This document shows positions 42,591-52,126 of a DNA stretch of 64,000 bases, piece after piece. The notes below the pieces were generated by a model, which saw nothing but the letters and a program-made list of their open reading frames with translations, was not told the origin of the DNA and made no database searches. The stretch covers positions 282,230 through 346,229 of the forward strand of contig JAJFFF010000044.1 of NCBI GenBank assembly GCA_021776785.1, in the 5' to 3' direction. The stretch comes from Planctomycetota bacterium. GTDB lineage: Bacteria; Planctomycetota; PLA2. A program made the translations under genes and the position numbers. How positions within the stretch are numbered: the first letter of the stretch is position 1; the number at the start of each line of letters is the position of its first letter.

Positions 42591-44927
42591 GTGGACCGCT
42601 TTGCCGCCGTACTCTTGAGTGTGATGACACGCACGCTAGCCATCCTCCTCGGACTCGGACTTTTAGGTGGCGTGGCCCAGTCGCAAGGCACGCGCCACGT
42701 CGTTTGGAACTCGGGTCGAGTCCAGATCATCGTCCCACAGCGAAGAACCTATTCGACGCTCTCCTCGCAACGGCCGATCCGCATCGAAAAAGTCCGAGCC
42801 AAGGTCACCGTCCGCGAACGAGCGGCGACGACGACCCTCGAAATCTCGCTGCACAACCCGGGCCGCCAGGCCGAAGCGGTTTTGCTCCTGCCGGTTCCTG
42901 CCGGTGCGGCCATTGCGAACTTCATGTTTGACGGCTCGGCGCAGGAGCCGACCGCCCGCATCCTTCCCAAGCGCGAAGCGCGCGAAACGTACGACCACAT
43001 CGTGCGGAAGCTGCGCGATCCCGCGCTCTTGGAATTCGCGGGCTACAACCTGATTCGCTCCAGCGTGTTCCCCGTTCCCGCGAACGGCAAGCAAAAGATC
43101 CGTCTCACGTACGACCACATCTTGCCGTTCCACAACGGGCGGATCGACTACCTACTCCCGCGCAGCGAGTCGCTGGATGTTGCTGCGCCGTGGGATGTCG
43201 AACTTGATATTCGTACGAAAGCGCCGATCTCCACGACGTACTCGCCGAGCCACGAGGTCGCGATGAAGCGCGTGGCGCCAAACCATCTGCGCGTCCGCAT
43301 CCACGACCAAGCGAAGCGTGAGCCGGGTCCGTTCCGACTCTCGATCTTGCTGCAGAAGAGCGCCGTGACGGCGACGATGTTTAGCTATCCCGATCCCAAG
43401 ATCGGCGGCGGCTATCTCCTCCTGCTCGCCGGCCTTCCGGCCCACAAGCAAGAGCGCACCAAGCAACTCAAACGCGAAGTGACGCTCGTGATCGACCGCT
43501 CCGGATCGATGGCCGGCGAGAAACTCGACCAGGTGCGCGCCGCCGCGCTGCAGACGATCGAAGGGCTCGCCGACGGCGAAGCGTTCAACATCATTGACTA
43601 CGCAACGACGGTCGCTGCGTTCTCTCCGCAACCCGTCATCAAGTCGGCGGAAACCGCGAAGAAAGCGCGCGCTTACCTCGCTTCTCTCCGGCCGCTCGGC
43701 GGCACAAACATCCACGATGCGCTCGTCGAGGCGTTGCGGCAGCCGCATCGGCCGAAGATGCTGCCGCTCGTTTTGTTCCTAACCGACGGCCTACCGACGA
43801 TCGGTCAGGTTTCGGAAGTTTCCATTCGAGAGTTGGTCGCGAAGTGCAACACGCACAAACGTCGCGTCTTCGCGTTCGGCGTCGGCCATGACGTCAACGC
43901 TCCGTTGCTGGATCGCATCGCCGAGCTATCGCTGGCGAAGCCGACCTACGTGCAGCCGCAAGAGGACGTCGAGCTCAAAGTCGCCGAAGTCTTCCAGAAG
44001 TTGTACGGCCCCGTGCTGTCGTCCGCTCGCCTGCAAACCGTGAACGCGGCCGGGCAGGCGATCACGAACGTCATTCGCGAACCGATTCCGAGCCAGCTCC
44101 CCGACCTCTTCGAGGGCGATCAGCTGGTGCTGCTCGGGCAGTACCGCGGCAGCGGCTCGATTCGCTTCCGGCTCGAAGGCGACTACATCGGCGAGAAACG
44201 AGCGTTCGACATGACGTTTGATCTCAACAAGGCCACGACGCACAACTCGTTTGTTCCGCGTCTTTGGGCGAGCCGGCGGATCGCGTTCTTGATCGATCAG
44301 ATCCGCCAGGCGGGTGGAGCGCAGCCGGGACGTTCGGTGCGCCGCCGCAACTCGTCGATCTTCAATGATCCGAAATACAAGGAACTCGTCGACGAGATTC
44401 TCCGTCTATCTACGGAGTTCGGCATCTTGAGCGAATACACCGCATTCTTAGCCACCGAGGGAACCGACTTGTCCGACTGGGAAAAACTCAACCGTCTCGC
44501 GGCGCTCGAACTCGACGCCAAGGTTGTGCAATCCCGCTGGGGCGCCTCCGCCGTGGCTCGCGCGCAAAACGTCGAATCCTCAAAGAAGCAAACGTCGCTC
44601 AACCTCCGCAACCGCTATCTCGATAGCAAACAAAAAAGCATCACCATTAACGGCGTGCAGCAGGTGAACGACCGCGCTCTGTATTGCCGCGGCAAGATTT
44701 GGATCGACGGCCGCATCGTGGCCGCCAAAATCTCCACGAAGCCCGACCGCGTGGTTCGCTACGGAACACCGGAGTTCGAACTACTTCTCAAAAAACTCGT
44801 TCGTGAGGGGCGGCAATCACTCCTCGCCGTTTCTGGAAATGTGATCTGCCGTCTGGACGGTGCGAACGTTCTTATTGAATACGACGCACCCGCTCTTACG
44901 ACACCCAAGAAAAAAGGGATGAAATAG
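42591..44927 (+). CDS. VIT-domain plus von Willebrand factor A domain protein (secreted)
   Basis: Signal peptide. The N-terminal ~250 aa is VIT-like. TLVIDRSGSMAGEKLDQVRAAALQTIEGL...LFLTDGLPT carries the vWA MIDAS DxSxS...T..D. Confidence 0.75.
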   Translation: MDRFAAVLLSVMTRTLAILLGLGLLGGVAQSQGTRHVVWNSGRVQIIVPQRRTYSTLSSQRPIRIEKVRAKVTVRERAATTTLEISLHNPGRQAEAVLLLPVPAGAAIANFMFDGSAQEPTARILPKREARETYDHIVRKLRDPALLEFAGYNLIRSSVFPVPANGKQKIRLTYDHILPFHNGRIDYLLPRSESLDVAAPWDVELDIRTKAPISTTYSPSHEVAMKRVAPNHLRVRIHDQAKREPGPFRLSILLQKSAVTATMFSYPDPKIGGGYLLLLAGLPAHKQERTKQLKREVTLVIDRSGSMAGEKLDQVRAAALQTIEGLADGEAFNIIDYATTVAAFSPQPVIKSAETAKKARAYLASLRPLGGTNIHDALVEALRQPHRPKMLPLVLFLTDGLPTIGQVSEVSIRELVAKCNTHKRRVFAFGVGHDVNAPLLDRIAELSLAKPTYVQPQEDVELKVAEVFQKLYGPVLSSARLQTVNAAGQAITNVIREPIPSQLPDLFEGDQLVLLGQYRGSGSIRFRLEGDYIGEKRAFDMTFDLNKATTHNSFVPRLWASRRIAFLIDQIRQAGGAQPGRSVRRRNSSIFNDPKYKELVDEILRLSTEFGILSEYTAFLATEGTDLSDWEKLNRLAALELDAKVVQSRWGASAVARAQNVESSKKQTSLNLRNRYLDSKQKSITINGVQQVNDRALYCRGKIWIDGRIVAAKISTKPDRVVRYGTPEFELLLKKLVREGRQSLLAVSGNVICRLDGANVLIEYDAPALTTPKKKGMK

Positions 44928-44929
44928 AA

Positions 44930-46066
44930 ATGAAGCTCCGAACCCTTATTCCCGCGGCCCTGTTGGGCGCGCTTCTCGCGCCGGTTGGCGCACAAGAAAC
45001 GGTCCCGCTCAAGCCGGCCGTCAAACAAGAAGTTCGCACGATCGACCTCTGCATCTGCCTCGACGTGAGCGGAAGTATGAAGGGACTGATCCACTCCGCA
45101 CGGAGTCGTATCTGGTCCATCGTGAACGATCTTGCGCTCGCCAAGCCGTCGCCGCGACTGCGCGTCGCGCTGTACTCGTATGGCGGCGCATCGTACGACG
45201 CCACGGCCGGCTACATCCGCCTCGAAACGGCGTTCACCGAAGACTTAGATCTCGTCTCGCAAAAGCTGTTCAAGCTCGGAGCGACCGGCAGCGTCGAGTT
45301 GGTCGGCGGCGTGATGCGGCGCGCGCTCGACGATCTGCAATGGCAGACGCGCACCGACGCACTCAAGCTCATGATTGTCGCCGGTAACGAAACCGCCAAT
45401 CAGGATCCGCGCAACCCGTACGAAGACATGGCGCGCAAGTCCATCCAGCGCGGCATCATGGTCAACGCGATCTACTGCGGCAATCAAAGCGACGCGATTG
45501 CCAACGAGTGGCGACGCATCTCGGCGCTGTCCGACGGTCACTTTGCGGCGATCGATCAGCACGGCACCGTCGATATCACGTCGCCGTTCGACAAGGAGCT
45601 CGCCCAACTTTCGGGTGCGCTGAACAAGACGTATATCGCGTTCGGCGCCAAAGGGCGCGTGGGCCAGAAGCGTCAGTCGCTGGCCGACAATGACGCCGAG
45701 AGCGCCAGCGCGAACACGGGCGCGCTGCGCGCTGTGTCGAAATCCAACAAGCAGTACTACAACAGTTGGTGCTTGGCCGACGCGCTCGAGCGCAAGCAGA
45801 TCAAGCTGGAAGACGTGAAGGAGAAAGACCTTCCCGAGTACATGCGGGGCAAGACGATGGAAGAGAAGAAAGCCATCGTCACCGCCAAGCGCGCGGAGCG
45901 CGCCCAAGTAAAATCCAAAATTACCGAGATCAGCAAGAAGCGTGCGGCATGGCTGGCGGCCGAGCTGAAACGTCGCGGCGCGGCGAGCGAGAAGTCGTTC
46001 GATGCCGCGGTCCGCAAGGCATTGCGCACACAAGCGACCGCGAAGGGTTACCAGTTCGACAAATGA
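44930..46066 (+). CDS. vWA-domain protein (secreted) with a C-terminal Lys/Glu-rich region
   Basis: DLCICLDVSGSMKGLIHSARSRIWSIVNDL (MIDAS). It lies 2 nt after the previous stop, and its own stop overlaps the next ATG. Confidence 0.7.
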   Translation: MKLRTLIPAALLGALLAPVGAQETVPLKPAVKQEVRTIDLCICLDVSGSMKGLIHSARSRIWSIVNDLALAKPSPRLRVALYSYGGASYDATAGYIRLETAFTEDLDLVSQKLFKLGATGSVELVGGVMRRALDDLQWQTRTDALKLMIVAGNETANQDPRNPYEDMARKSIQRGIMVNAIYCGNQSDAIANEWRRISALSDGHFAAIDQHGTVDITSPFDKELAQLSGALNKTYIAFGAKGRVGQKRQSLADNDAESASANTGALRAVSKSNKQYYNSWCLADALERKQIKLEDVKEKDLPEYMRGKTMEEKKAIVTAKRAERAQVKSKITEISKKRAAWLAAELKRRGAASEKSFDAAVRKALRTQATAKGYQFDK

Positions 46067-46740
46067 GCCGGCGCCATATTCTCGTCATCGAAGATGACCC
46101 CAGCATCCATCGCGCGTTGCTGGATACGCTCGCCACGGTCGGTTACTCGACCGTCAGTGCGACCAACGGAATCACCGGGCTCGAGACCGCGTTGCGGCTC
46201 GAGCCCGATCTCGTGTTGTTAGACGTCATGCTGCCCGGCATGGATGGGTTTGAAGTGTTGCGCGAATTGCGGCGTTCGAAGCCCGCGCTGCCCGTCATCA
46301 TGGTGACCGCCAAGGGCGAAGAGGCCGACCGCGTGTCGGGACTACGCGGCGGCGCCGATGACTACATCATCAAACCATTCGCGGCTCTCGAACTTCTTGC
46401 GCGCGTCGAAGCGGTCCTGCGGCGATCCGCCGAACGACCGCAGACCGTCGGCAAAGTCGAACTCCAAGCGCGCACGATCGACTTAGAGCAGCGGGAGATC
46501 CTGTTCGAAGACGGATCGCGCCGCGAAATCTCTGAGAAAGAAGCGGAGCTCCTTCAGTACCTCGCGAGTTGTCGCGGCCGAACGATTTCGCGCGACGAAA
46601 TCTTGCAACGCGTGTGGGGGCTCGACCCGCGCGGCGTGACCACGCGCACGATCGACATGCACATCGCGCGGCTTCGGGATAAGCTGGGCGATGCCTCGTT
46701 GATCAAGACGGTGCGCGGCAAAGGCTACATGTTGGTATGA
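46063..46740 (+). CDS. OmpR-family response regulator (receiver plus winged-helix)
   Basis: HILVIEDDPSIHRAL...LVLLDVMLPGMDG...DDYIIKPF, then a C-terminal winged helix ...TRTIDMHIARLRDKLGD...IKTVRGKGYML. ATGA overlap at 46063-46066. Confidence 0.85.
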   Translation: MSRRHILVIEDDPSIHRALLDTLATVGYSTVSATNGITGLETALRLEPDLVLLDVMLPGMDGFEVLRELRRSKPALPVIMVTAKGEEADRVSGLRGGADDYIIKPFAALELLARVEAVLRRSAERPQTVGKVELQARTIDLEQREILFEDGSRREISEKEAELLQYLASCRGRTISRDEILQRVWGLDPRGVTTRTIDMHIARLRDKLGDASLIKTVRGKGYMLV

Positions 46741-48356
46741 GACGTCCCTGGCTCGTGTTTGGCCTCGTGAGCATTCTGGTGCTCGCCGCGATTACGTGGG
46801 CCAGCGTGATCATGATTGAGCTGGAGCGCTCGGAGACCGAGGCCAAGCGCGAGACCGAATATCAAAACAACGTGTGGAAAGCGATCCGGCGCATCGATGC
46901 GTGGATCGACCGCATGCTGATTCGTGAGGAGGAGCGTCCTCCGTCGGACTACGATTCGTTCTCCGACGTCAACGATGTCTACGCCAAGGCCGACCTCGCC
47001 AAGGTTGATGAAGCGCTCTCCAAGCCGTCGCCCCTGCTGCGCGAGCAGTCTTCGTTTGTCCGTTTGTATTTTCAAATCGATGACTCGGGGACGATGACGT
47101 CGCCCCAGGTGCCGCGCAGCAACTACCAAGAGCTCGCGGTTCCGCAATTCTTGTCGCAGCAGCAATGGGCGCAAAACGCTTCGCAGTTGGCGACGATTCG
47201 CAAAACGATCAAGAAGGACCGTTTGCAGCGTCAGGTCGCGGACGCGATTCAGATTCGCGCCCGGGCGCAGTCCGAAGCGCAACAAGTGGGACAGATGCGC
47301 GGCAAGGAAACCCCGGATCCGTTCGGTCCGTTTTGGGAAGGTTCGGATCTGTTCTTTGCGCGCCGCGTCAAGCGTGGCGACGCGCAGACCATTCAGGGAT
47401 TTCGCGCCGACTGGCCCGCGATCAAAAAAGCGCTCTTAGCCGAAGTTCGCGACCTCTACCCCAACGCGTCGTTGCGCGCGTGGACCAATCAGGATGTGAG
47501 CCATCGGCTCTACAGCCTCCCGGTCGTCCTCGCCCCCGGCGCCGCGCCGGTGATCGCGGCCGCCCCGTGGACCGCGACGCACACCGTCGTCGCGGTGGTG
47601 TGGGCGGTCATCTTGGTGTGCCTCCTGATGATGGGTTTGGCGATACGCCGCTTCATCGAGTACGGCGCGCGTCAACGGCGCTTCGCGTCGATGGTCACGC
47701 ACGAGCTTCGTTCGCCGCTGACCACGTTTCGCCTGTACGCCGACTTGCTCGCCGAAAAACTCGTCACCGATACGAAAAAAACGGACGAGTATCACAAGTC
47801 GCTGCAAAACACGTCCGCGCACATGGCGCGCATGGTCGAAAACGTCATCGCGCACAGCCGCATCGAGGAGGGCCGCGCCAAACTGACGCCGGTACGGCAA
47901 ACCGTGGACGAACTTTTCCAACGCGTCCGCGGCGACCTCGTCGGCCGCGTCGGTCGCGCCGGACTCACGCTCGAGTTCGACCTCGCTCCCGCGATCGCCG
48001 AACGCGAATTGGAAACCGACGCCGGCGCGGTCGGGCAGATCCTGCGCAACCTTATCGAGAACGCGTGCAAGTATGGGCGGTCCGAGCACGTCCCGTCCAT
48101 GACACTGATGGTGCAACGCGTCCCCAACGGCATCCGGATCACGCTGCGCGATTTCGGCGGCGGGATTTCACCTCGCTACGAACCGCGCATCTTTCGCCCG
48201 TTTGAACGGGGCGGGCGCGACGAAGCCGATCCGGAACGCGGACTCGGGTTGGGCCTGCCCCTTTGTCGCGGTCTCGCGCGCGACCTTGGCGGCACGCTCC
48301 ACTACCAACGGCCCGACGGCCCCGGCGCCTCGTTTGTGCTCGAACTCCCGGCGTAG
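46737..48356 (+). CDS. Sensor histidine kinase (2 TM helices with a periplasmic loop, HisKA, HATPase_c)
   Basis: TM helices at the N-terminus and at ~residue 270. SMVTHELRSPLTTF (H-box) and GLGLGLPLCRGLARDLGG (G2). ATGA overlap with the regulator gene. Confidence 0.8.
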   Translation: MRRPWLVFGLVSILVLAAITWASVIMIELERSETEAKRETEYQNNVWKAIRRIDAWIDRMLIREEERPPSDYDSFSDVNDVYAKADLAKVDEALSKPSPLLREQSSFVRLYFQIDDSGTMTSPQVPRSNYQELAVPQFLSQQQWAQNASQLATIRKTIKKDRLQRQVADAIQIRARAQSEAQQVGQMRGKETPDPFGPFWEGSDLFFARRVKRGDAQTIQGFRADWPAIKKALLAEVRDLYPNASLRAWTNQDVSHRLYSLPVVLAPGAAPVIAAAPWTATHTVVAVVWAVILVCLLMMGLAIRRFIEYGARQRRFASMVTHELRSPLTTFRLYADLLAEKLVTDTKKTDEYHKSLQNTSAHMARMVENVIAHSRIEEGRAKLTPVRQTVDELFQRVRGDLVGRVGRAGLTLEFDLAPAIAERELETDAGAVGQILRNLIENACKYGRSEHVPSMTLMVQRVPNGIRITLRDFGGGISPRYEPRIFRPFERGGRDEADPERGLGLGLPLCRGLARDLGGTLHYQRPDGPGASFVLELPA

Positions 48357-48361
48357 TTCGA

Positions 48362-49705
48362 CTACTCGGCGAGGACGACGCGGCGGTCAAACACCAACCT
48401 CTTGTCGAGATTGAGATCGAGCGTCTCGATCACCGTGGCGAAGTCCGGCTTGGGCTTGCCGCGATACGCTTCCTTCTCGTTCAACATGACGACGACGTCT
48501 TTCGTCACGTCGATCATCTCCGGATTCAAAAACACCGTGAGCCCGGTTGTTGTGAACGCGCAATCGATCTTGATCGTGTTCCCCTCGCGTTGCGCTTTGA
48601 GGATCATGCCGTCGTCGGGCTCGGGGTGGTAGAGCCAGTACATCGAGTTCTTGTAGAACCGCCCCGTCGTGTCTTTTTGGTCCGGAACCGGGAACGGATC
48701 CTGCGCGAACTCCCACACGATTTGTTTGGGAAACGTGTCGCGCTTGCGCTCAGCCAAATACTTCAACGCGCGCGAAGGAAGACCCGGCCCGTACACGTGC
48801 GCGAGCTTCTCGAAATACTCAAACCGGATGTGTTCGTAGAGTTCTTCGTGCTCCGCGCGAAGTTTTTGGACTTCGTTCCACGCGTAGAGAAACGTGCCGG
48901 GGCGGCAGTTGCGATCAATCCCACCCGTGCAAAAAAACATGGGCAGGTTCGCGACGTTGGGAATCAGCCCCGGTTGGATCGCAGCGACTTCCTCCGGCGT
49001 TTGCAGCTGGCTCTTCGGCTGCGCCATGATGACGCCGTTGTGTGGCGCCGCGCCCGCCAGCAGATCGGGAAAGCGCGCGGCCATGTGCCACGAGCCGGTG
49101 CCGCCCATCGAGAACCCGCCCACGTACACGCGGTCGGGATCGATGTCATACTGCGCCTTCGCGACCTCGATCAACGAGAGAATTTGCTTCTCGCCGTGCA
49201 CGCGGTTCCAGTTGTCACCGTGGATCAAGAGTCCCTGCGGATAGATCCCCATGCAGCCCTTCATGGGCCAACCGGTGTCCGCGCTCCCCGCGCCCTCGCC
49301 GCCGCCGTGCAACCCGATGATGAGGCCCTTGTTCTTGCCGCCGCCTTTGACCGCAGCCCACATCTCGTTTTTGGTGTACTGGCTGACGTACCCGTGGCCT
49401 TCGATGTAGAGGCGCCCCTTCGCCTTGCGCGCTTTCGGGCCGTGCTTTTTTAAGGTCTTCCAAAACGCCGCCACGGTCGGGGCAAGCGCACCCTCCGGCA
49501 TCTCGCCTAGTTGTCGCGCTTCGGCGAGCAAGCCTTGATGGTCGGCGCGCTTCCACAGCTTGAACTTGTGCGGCGGCCGCGCCTTCCACCACTTCTCGCC
49601 GAACTTCTCAAGTGTTTTGGTGGTCTTGCGGTCGAGCGGGCCGGCCGCGGCCACGCCCAGCAGCAAAAAAACGCAGAGCGTTGCACGCGTTGCCATGGCG
49701 AGCAT
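48362..49705 (-). CDS. Secreted alpha/beta-hydrolase (carboxylesterase/phospholipase or PHB-depolymerase-type esterase)
   Basis: Start 49705 gives MLAMATRATLCVFLLLGVAAAGP (signal). GLHGGGEGAG, then the nucleophile elbow GGFSMGGTGSW. The track ORF (to 50086) would overlap the GNAT gene. Confidence 0.65.
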   Translation of the reverse strand: MLAMATRATLCVFLLLGVAAAGPLDRKTTKTLEKFGEKWWKARPPHKFKLWKRADHQGLLAEARQLGEMPEGALAPTVAAFWKTLKKHGPKARKAKGRLYIEGHGYVSQYTKNEMWAAVKGGGKNKGLIIGLHGGGEGAGSADTGWPMKGCMGIYPQGLLIHGDNWNRVHGEKQILSLIEVAKAQYDIDPDRVYVGGFSMGGTGSWHMAARFPDLLAGAAPHNGVIMAQPKSQLQTPEEVAAIQPGLIPNVANLPMFFCTGGIDRNCRPGTFLYAWNEVQKLRAEHEELYEHIRFEYFEKLAHVYGPGLPSRALKYLAERKRDTFPKQIVWEFAQDPFPVPDQKDTTGRFYKNSMYWLYHPEPDDGMILKAQREGNTIKIDCAFTTTGLTVFLNPEMIDVTKDVVVMLNEKEAYRGKPKPDFATVIETLDLNLDKRLVFDRRVVLAE

Positions 49706-49706
49706 T

Positions 49707-50159
49707 CTATCGGACCGGGGGCGCCTCTCCGATGCGCTTCGCAAAACAGACGATGCGCTCGGCTTCGGAAAAGCCAAGCGCGGCATGCGCGGCGATGCTT
49801 TGGTGGTTGGCGATCTCGGTGTCGCTGGCCATCTCGACGGCGCCGCGGCTCGCCGCCCAGGCTTCGGCCGCCGCGACGAGTGCACGCCCCACGCCTCGAC
49901 CGCGCGCGGCCGGCGCGACGTACCATCCTTCCACGTATCCAACCGGCGCGGAAGTGCATCCCGCGGCGTGATCGCGCAGCGTCGCCTCCGAAAAACCGAC
50001 GAGCGCGCCGCTGTCGTCGGCGACAAACGTCTCCCCGCGCGGGTCCGCCAAACACGCGGCCATCTCGGCCTCGTTGTCCGCGGCATCGGGCCATAGGGCC
50101 TGCCGCATCTTGAGCCAAGAAGAGGCGTCGTCGATCTGTGCCGTTCGAATCCGCATCAC
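49707..50159 (-). CDS. GNAT-family N-acetyltransferase, aminoglycoside 6'-N-acetyltransferase (AAC(6')-I)-like
   Basis: IRTAQIDDASSWLKMRQALWPD...VGFSEATLRDHAAGCTSAPVGYVEGWYVAPAARGRGVGRALV matches the AAC(6')-Ib/Iy-type core (the WP..., YLEGWYV and RxxGxG/A acetyl-CoA loop). Confidence 0.65.
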   Translation of the reverse strand: MMRIRTAQIDDASSWLKMRQALWPDAADNEAEMAACLADPRGETFVADDSGALVGFSEATLRDHAAGCTSAPVGYVEGWYVAPAARGRGVGRALVAAAEAWAASRGAVEMASDTEIANHQSIAAHAALGFSEAERIVCFAKRIGEAPPVR

Positions 50160-50281
50160 GCTAGAATAGGCTCTGTCTGAAGTGTCGCGATGCGGCCGGC
50201 TGTGTCGCCGCGGGTCTTCGCCCTGTGAGGGCTCGCCCGCCCGCGGTGCGACGGTGAGTGTTTAGACGGAGACGAACGCCC

Positions 50282-50602
50282 ATGGTCCAACGAATCGCGA
50301 ACGAAGAACAACTCGCGGCCGCGCTCGCCGCGCCGAGCTTTCTCTTGTTTAAGCACTCCGACCGGTGCTCGATCAGCACGCGCGCCGAAACCGAGTTTCA
50401 CGCGTTCCTTAAGGCCCATCCGGAAATCAACGCCGGCTGGATCCACGTGATCGACGAGCGGCCGCTATCCCTTAGGTTCGCGGAGCAATCGGGCGTGACC
50501 CACGCTTCGCCGCAAGCCGTGTGGCTCAAAAACGGCAGACCGGTCTGGAACGCCAGCCACTTCGATATCACCCAGGCCGCGCTCGCGGACGCCTGCTCGT
50601 AA
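50282..50602 (+). CDS. YtxJ-family (DUF2847) monothiol thioredoxin-like protein
   Basis: FLLFKHSDRCSISTRAETEF (conserved T/S-x-x-C motif in KHS.RCSIS) and AVWLKNGRPVWNASHFDIT. Confidence 0.6.
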   Translation: MVQRIANEEQLAAALAAPSFLLFKHSDRCSISTRAETEFHAFLKAHPEINAGWIHVIDERPLSLRFAEQSGVTHASPQAVWLKNGRPVWNASHFDITQAALADACS

Positions 50603-50626
50603 GCCGGTCGAATTCGCGCGCGCTGG

Positions 50627-51418
50627 ATGTTCCGGCCAACTGGTACCGTATTCGGGATGGAGCACCATCCGTTCAACAAGACGCTTGCGTACGAGGATCT
50701 GCGTGAGCCGGCGATCGCCCCGACGTACCGCAACCTGCAGCGTTGGGTGTGGGGTTGGTTTTTGCGCGGCTATCGGCTCGGCGTCAACGGGGCCAGTCGG
50801 CGGCGCGTCCGCGTGCGCCCGCAAAAGATGTGGGAGTATTCCCGCGGCTTGGCGCTCACGAACACGTCCGCGCTCACGCGGCCGACGGGCGAAAAGTACA
50901 AGGTGCTCGACGTCGGCGGTGCGATGACGATGCCGCTCTTTTATCTCGGCGACTTGGGCGACAAGGTCGTCTCGTTGGACATCCATCCCGAACTGACCGC
51001 CGAGACCAACCGCGTCGCGAAGAAAGCGAAGCTCGACGTGACCGGCCTCACGACGAACTTGGTCGAGGAGGATCCTTCGCCCAAAGACCTCGGCGCCGAC
51101 GGCGGTTTCGATTTCGCGTTTTGTTTCTGCGTGATCGAGCACATCGTTCCGCCGGGACAAGGGCGTGTCGCCGAGCGCATGGGCAAGCTCCTCAAGCCCG
51201 GCGGCAAGATGGTGATCACGTTCGACTACGGCGCGAACGCCGGCTCCGAGGCGCCGATTCCTACGCTCGCCGAAGTGCACGAGTTGCGCGACACGATTGG
51301 GTTGCCGCTTCTGGACAACCAAGAGTTTCACGACGACGGCCGGCGTTACCCGATTTCGCGGCGCAACCCGGACAAGCCGTTCACGTTCGGTTCGTTGTTT
51401 TTTCAAAAGCCCAGCTAG
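50627..51418 (+). CDS. Class I SAM-dependent methyltransferase
   Basis: KVLDVGGAMTMPLFYLGDLGDKVVSLDI (motif I) and FDFAFCFCVIEH (motif II/III). Confidence 0.6.
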   Translation: MFRPTGTVFGMEHHPFNKTLAYEDLREPAIAPTYRNLQRWVWGWFLRGYRLGVNGASRRRVRVRPQKMWEYSRGLALTNTSALTRPTGEKYKVLDVGGAMTMPLFYLGDLGDKVVSLDIHPELTAETNRVAKKAKLDVTGLTTNLVEEDPSPKDLGADGGFDFAFCFCVIEHIVPPGQGRVAERMGKLLKPGGKMVITFDYGANAGSEAPIPTLAEVHELRDTIGLPLLDNQEFHDDGRRYPISRRNPDKPFTFGSLFFQKPS

Positions 51419-51424
51419 CGTTCG

Positions 51425-52126
51425 ATGCGAATCGAGCGCACGCGGCGCGGCGCACGCATCGTCGATGACGATGTCGTCTTGAGCGAAATTCTCCGCGAGC
51501 CGGGGGCCACGCACACGCTGTTCGATGTCTTGGGTGCTGCCGTCGCTACGTTTGCGCCGGGCCCGCGCCTGGCCGTACTAGGCTTCGCGGGCGGCGGCAT
51601 GGTCGCTCCGTTGCGCGCGGCCGGTTGCAGCGCGGCCATCGCCGCCGTCGATTTGGACCTCGCCGGAGTCGAGCTGTTTCGCGAAGTGAGCGGGGACGCG
51701 ATCGGCGACGTGAACGTGGCGCAAGGCGACGCCGTTTTGTGGCTTCGTTCGTCGCGACGACACTACGACTGCATCGTCGAGGATCTTTCGATGCCGAGCC
51801 CGGCCGGGACCGTTAAGCCGTACGTTAGCTTGGACCCGCTCCCGGCGCTGATCAAGCAGCGTTTGGTGCGCGGCGGCGTGGCCATCACCAACGTGCTCCC
51901 CCTTCCGGGCACGTCGTGGTCCTCGATCCTCGCGCGCCTTGCGATCGCGCACGAAAAAGCGTTGGTCGTGATTTTGGACGAGTACGAAAACCGCATCCTG
52001 ATCGCAGGGGATGCGTTGCCGAGTGCGGCCGCCGCGTCGCGCGCGATCCGCGCCACGCTGCGCGGATTCGGTTCGTACCAAGCCGAGAAGATCTCGGTGC
52101 GAACGCTAAGCAATAGCAGCGCGTAG
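51425..52126 (+). CDS. Spermidine-synthase-like/SAM-dependent methyltransferase-fold protein
   Basis: RLAVLGFAGGGMVAPL...DAVLWLRSSRRHYDCIVEDL resembles the aminopropyltransferase-fold layout. This is a weak assignment. Confidence 0.45.
   Translation: MRIERTRRGARIVDDDVVLSEILREPGATHTLFDVLGAAVATFAPGPRLAVLGFAGGGMVAPLRAAGCSAAIAAVDLDLAGVELFREVSGDAIGDVNVAQGDAVLWLRSSRRHYDCIVEDLSMPSPAGTVKPYVSLDPLPALIKQRLVRGGVAITNVLPLPGTSWSSILARLAIAHEKALVVILDEYENRILIAGDALPSAAAASRAIRATLRGFGSYQAEKISVRTLSNSSA

Noticed and set aside
48263-50118. Plus-strand 396-aa and several 170-200-aa ORFs overlapping the esterase and GNAT genes
   Set aside because: Antisense or off-frame. The sense genes carry the GxSxG and GNAT motifs.
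50465-51514. 349-aa minus-strand ORF opposite the YtxJ and methyltransferase genes
   Set aside because: Antisense. No motifs. The sense genes have the SAM motif I and the YtxJ signature.
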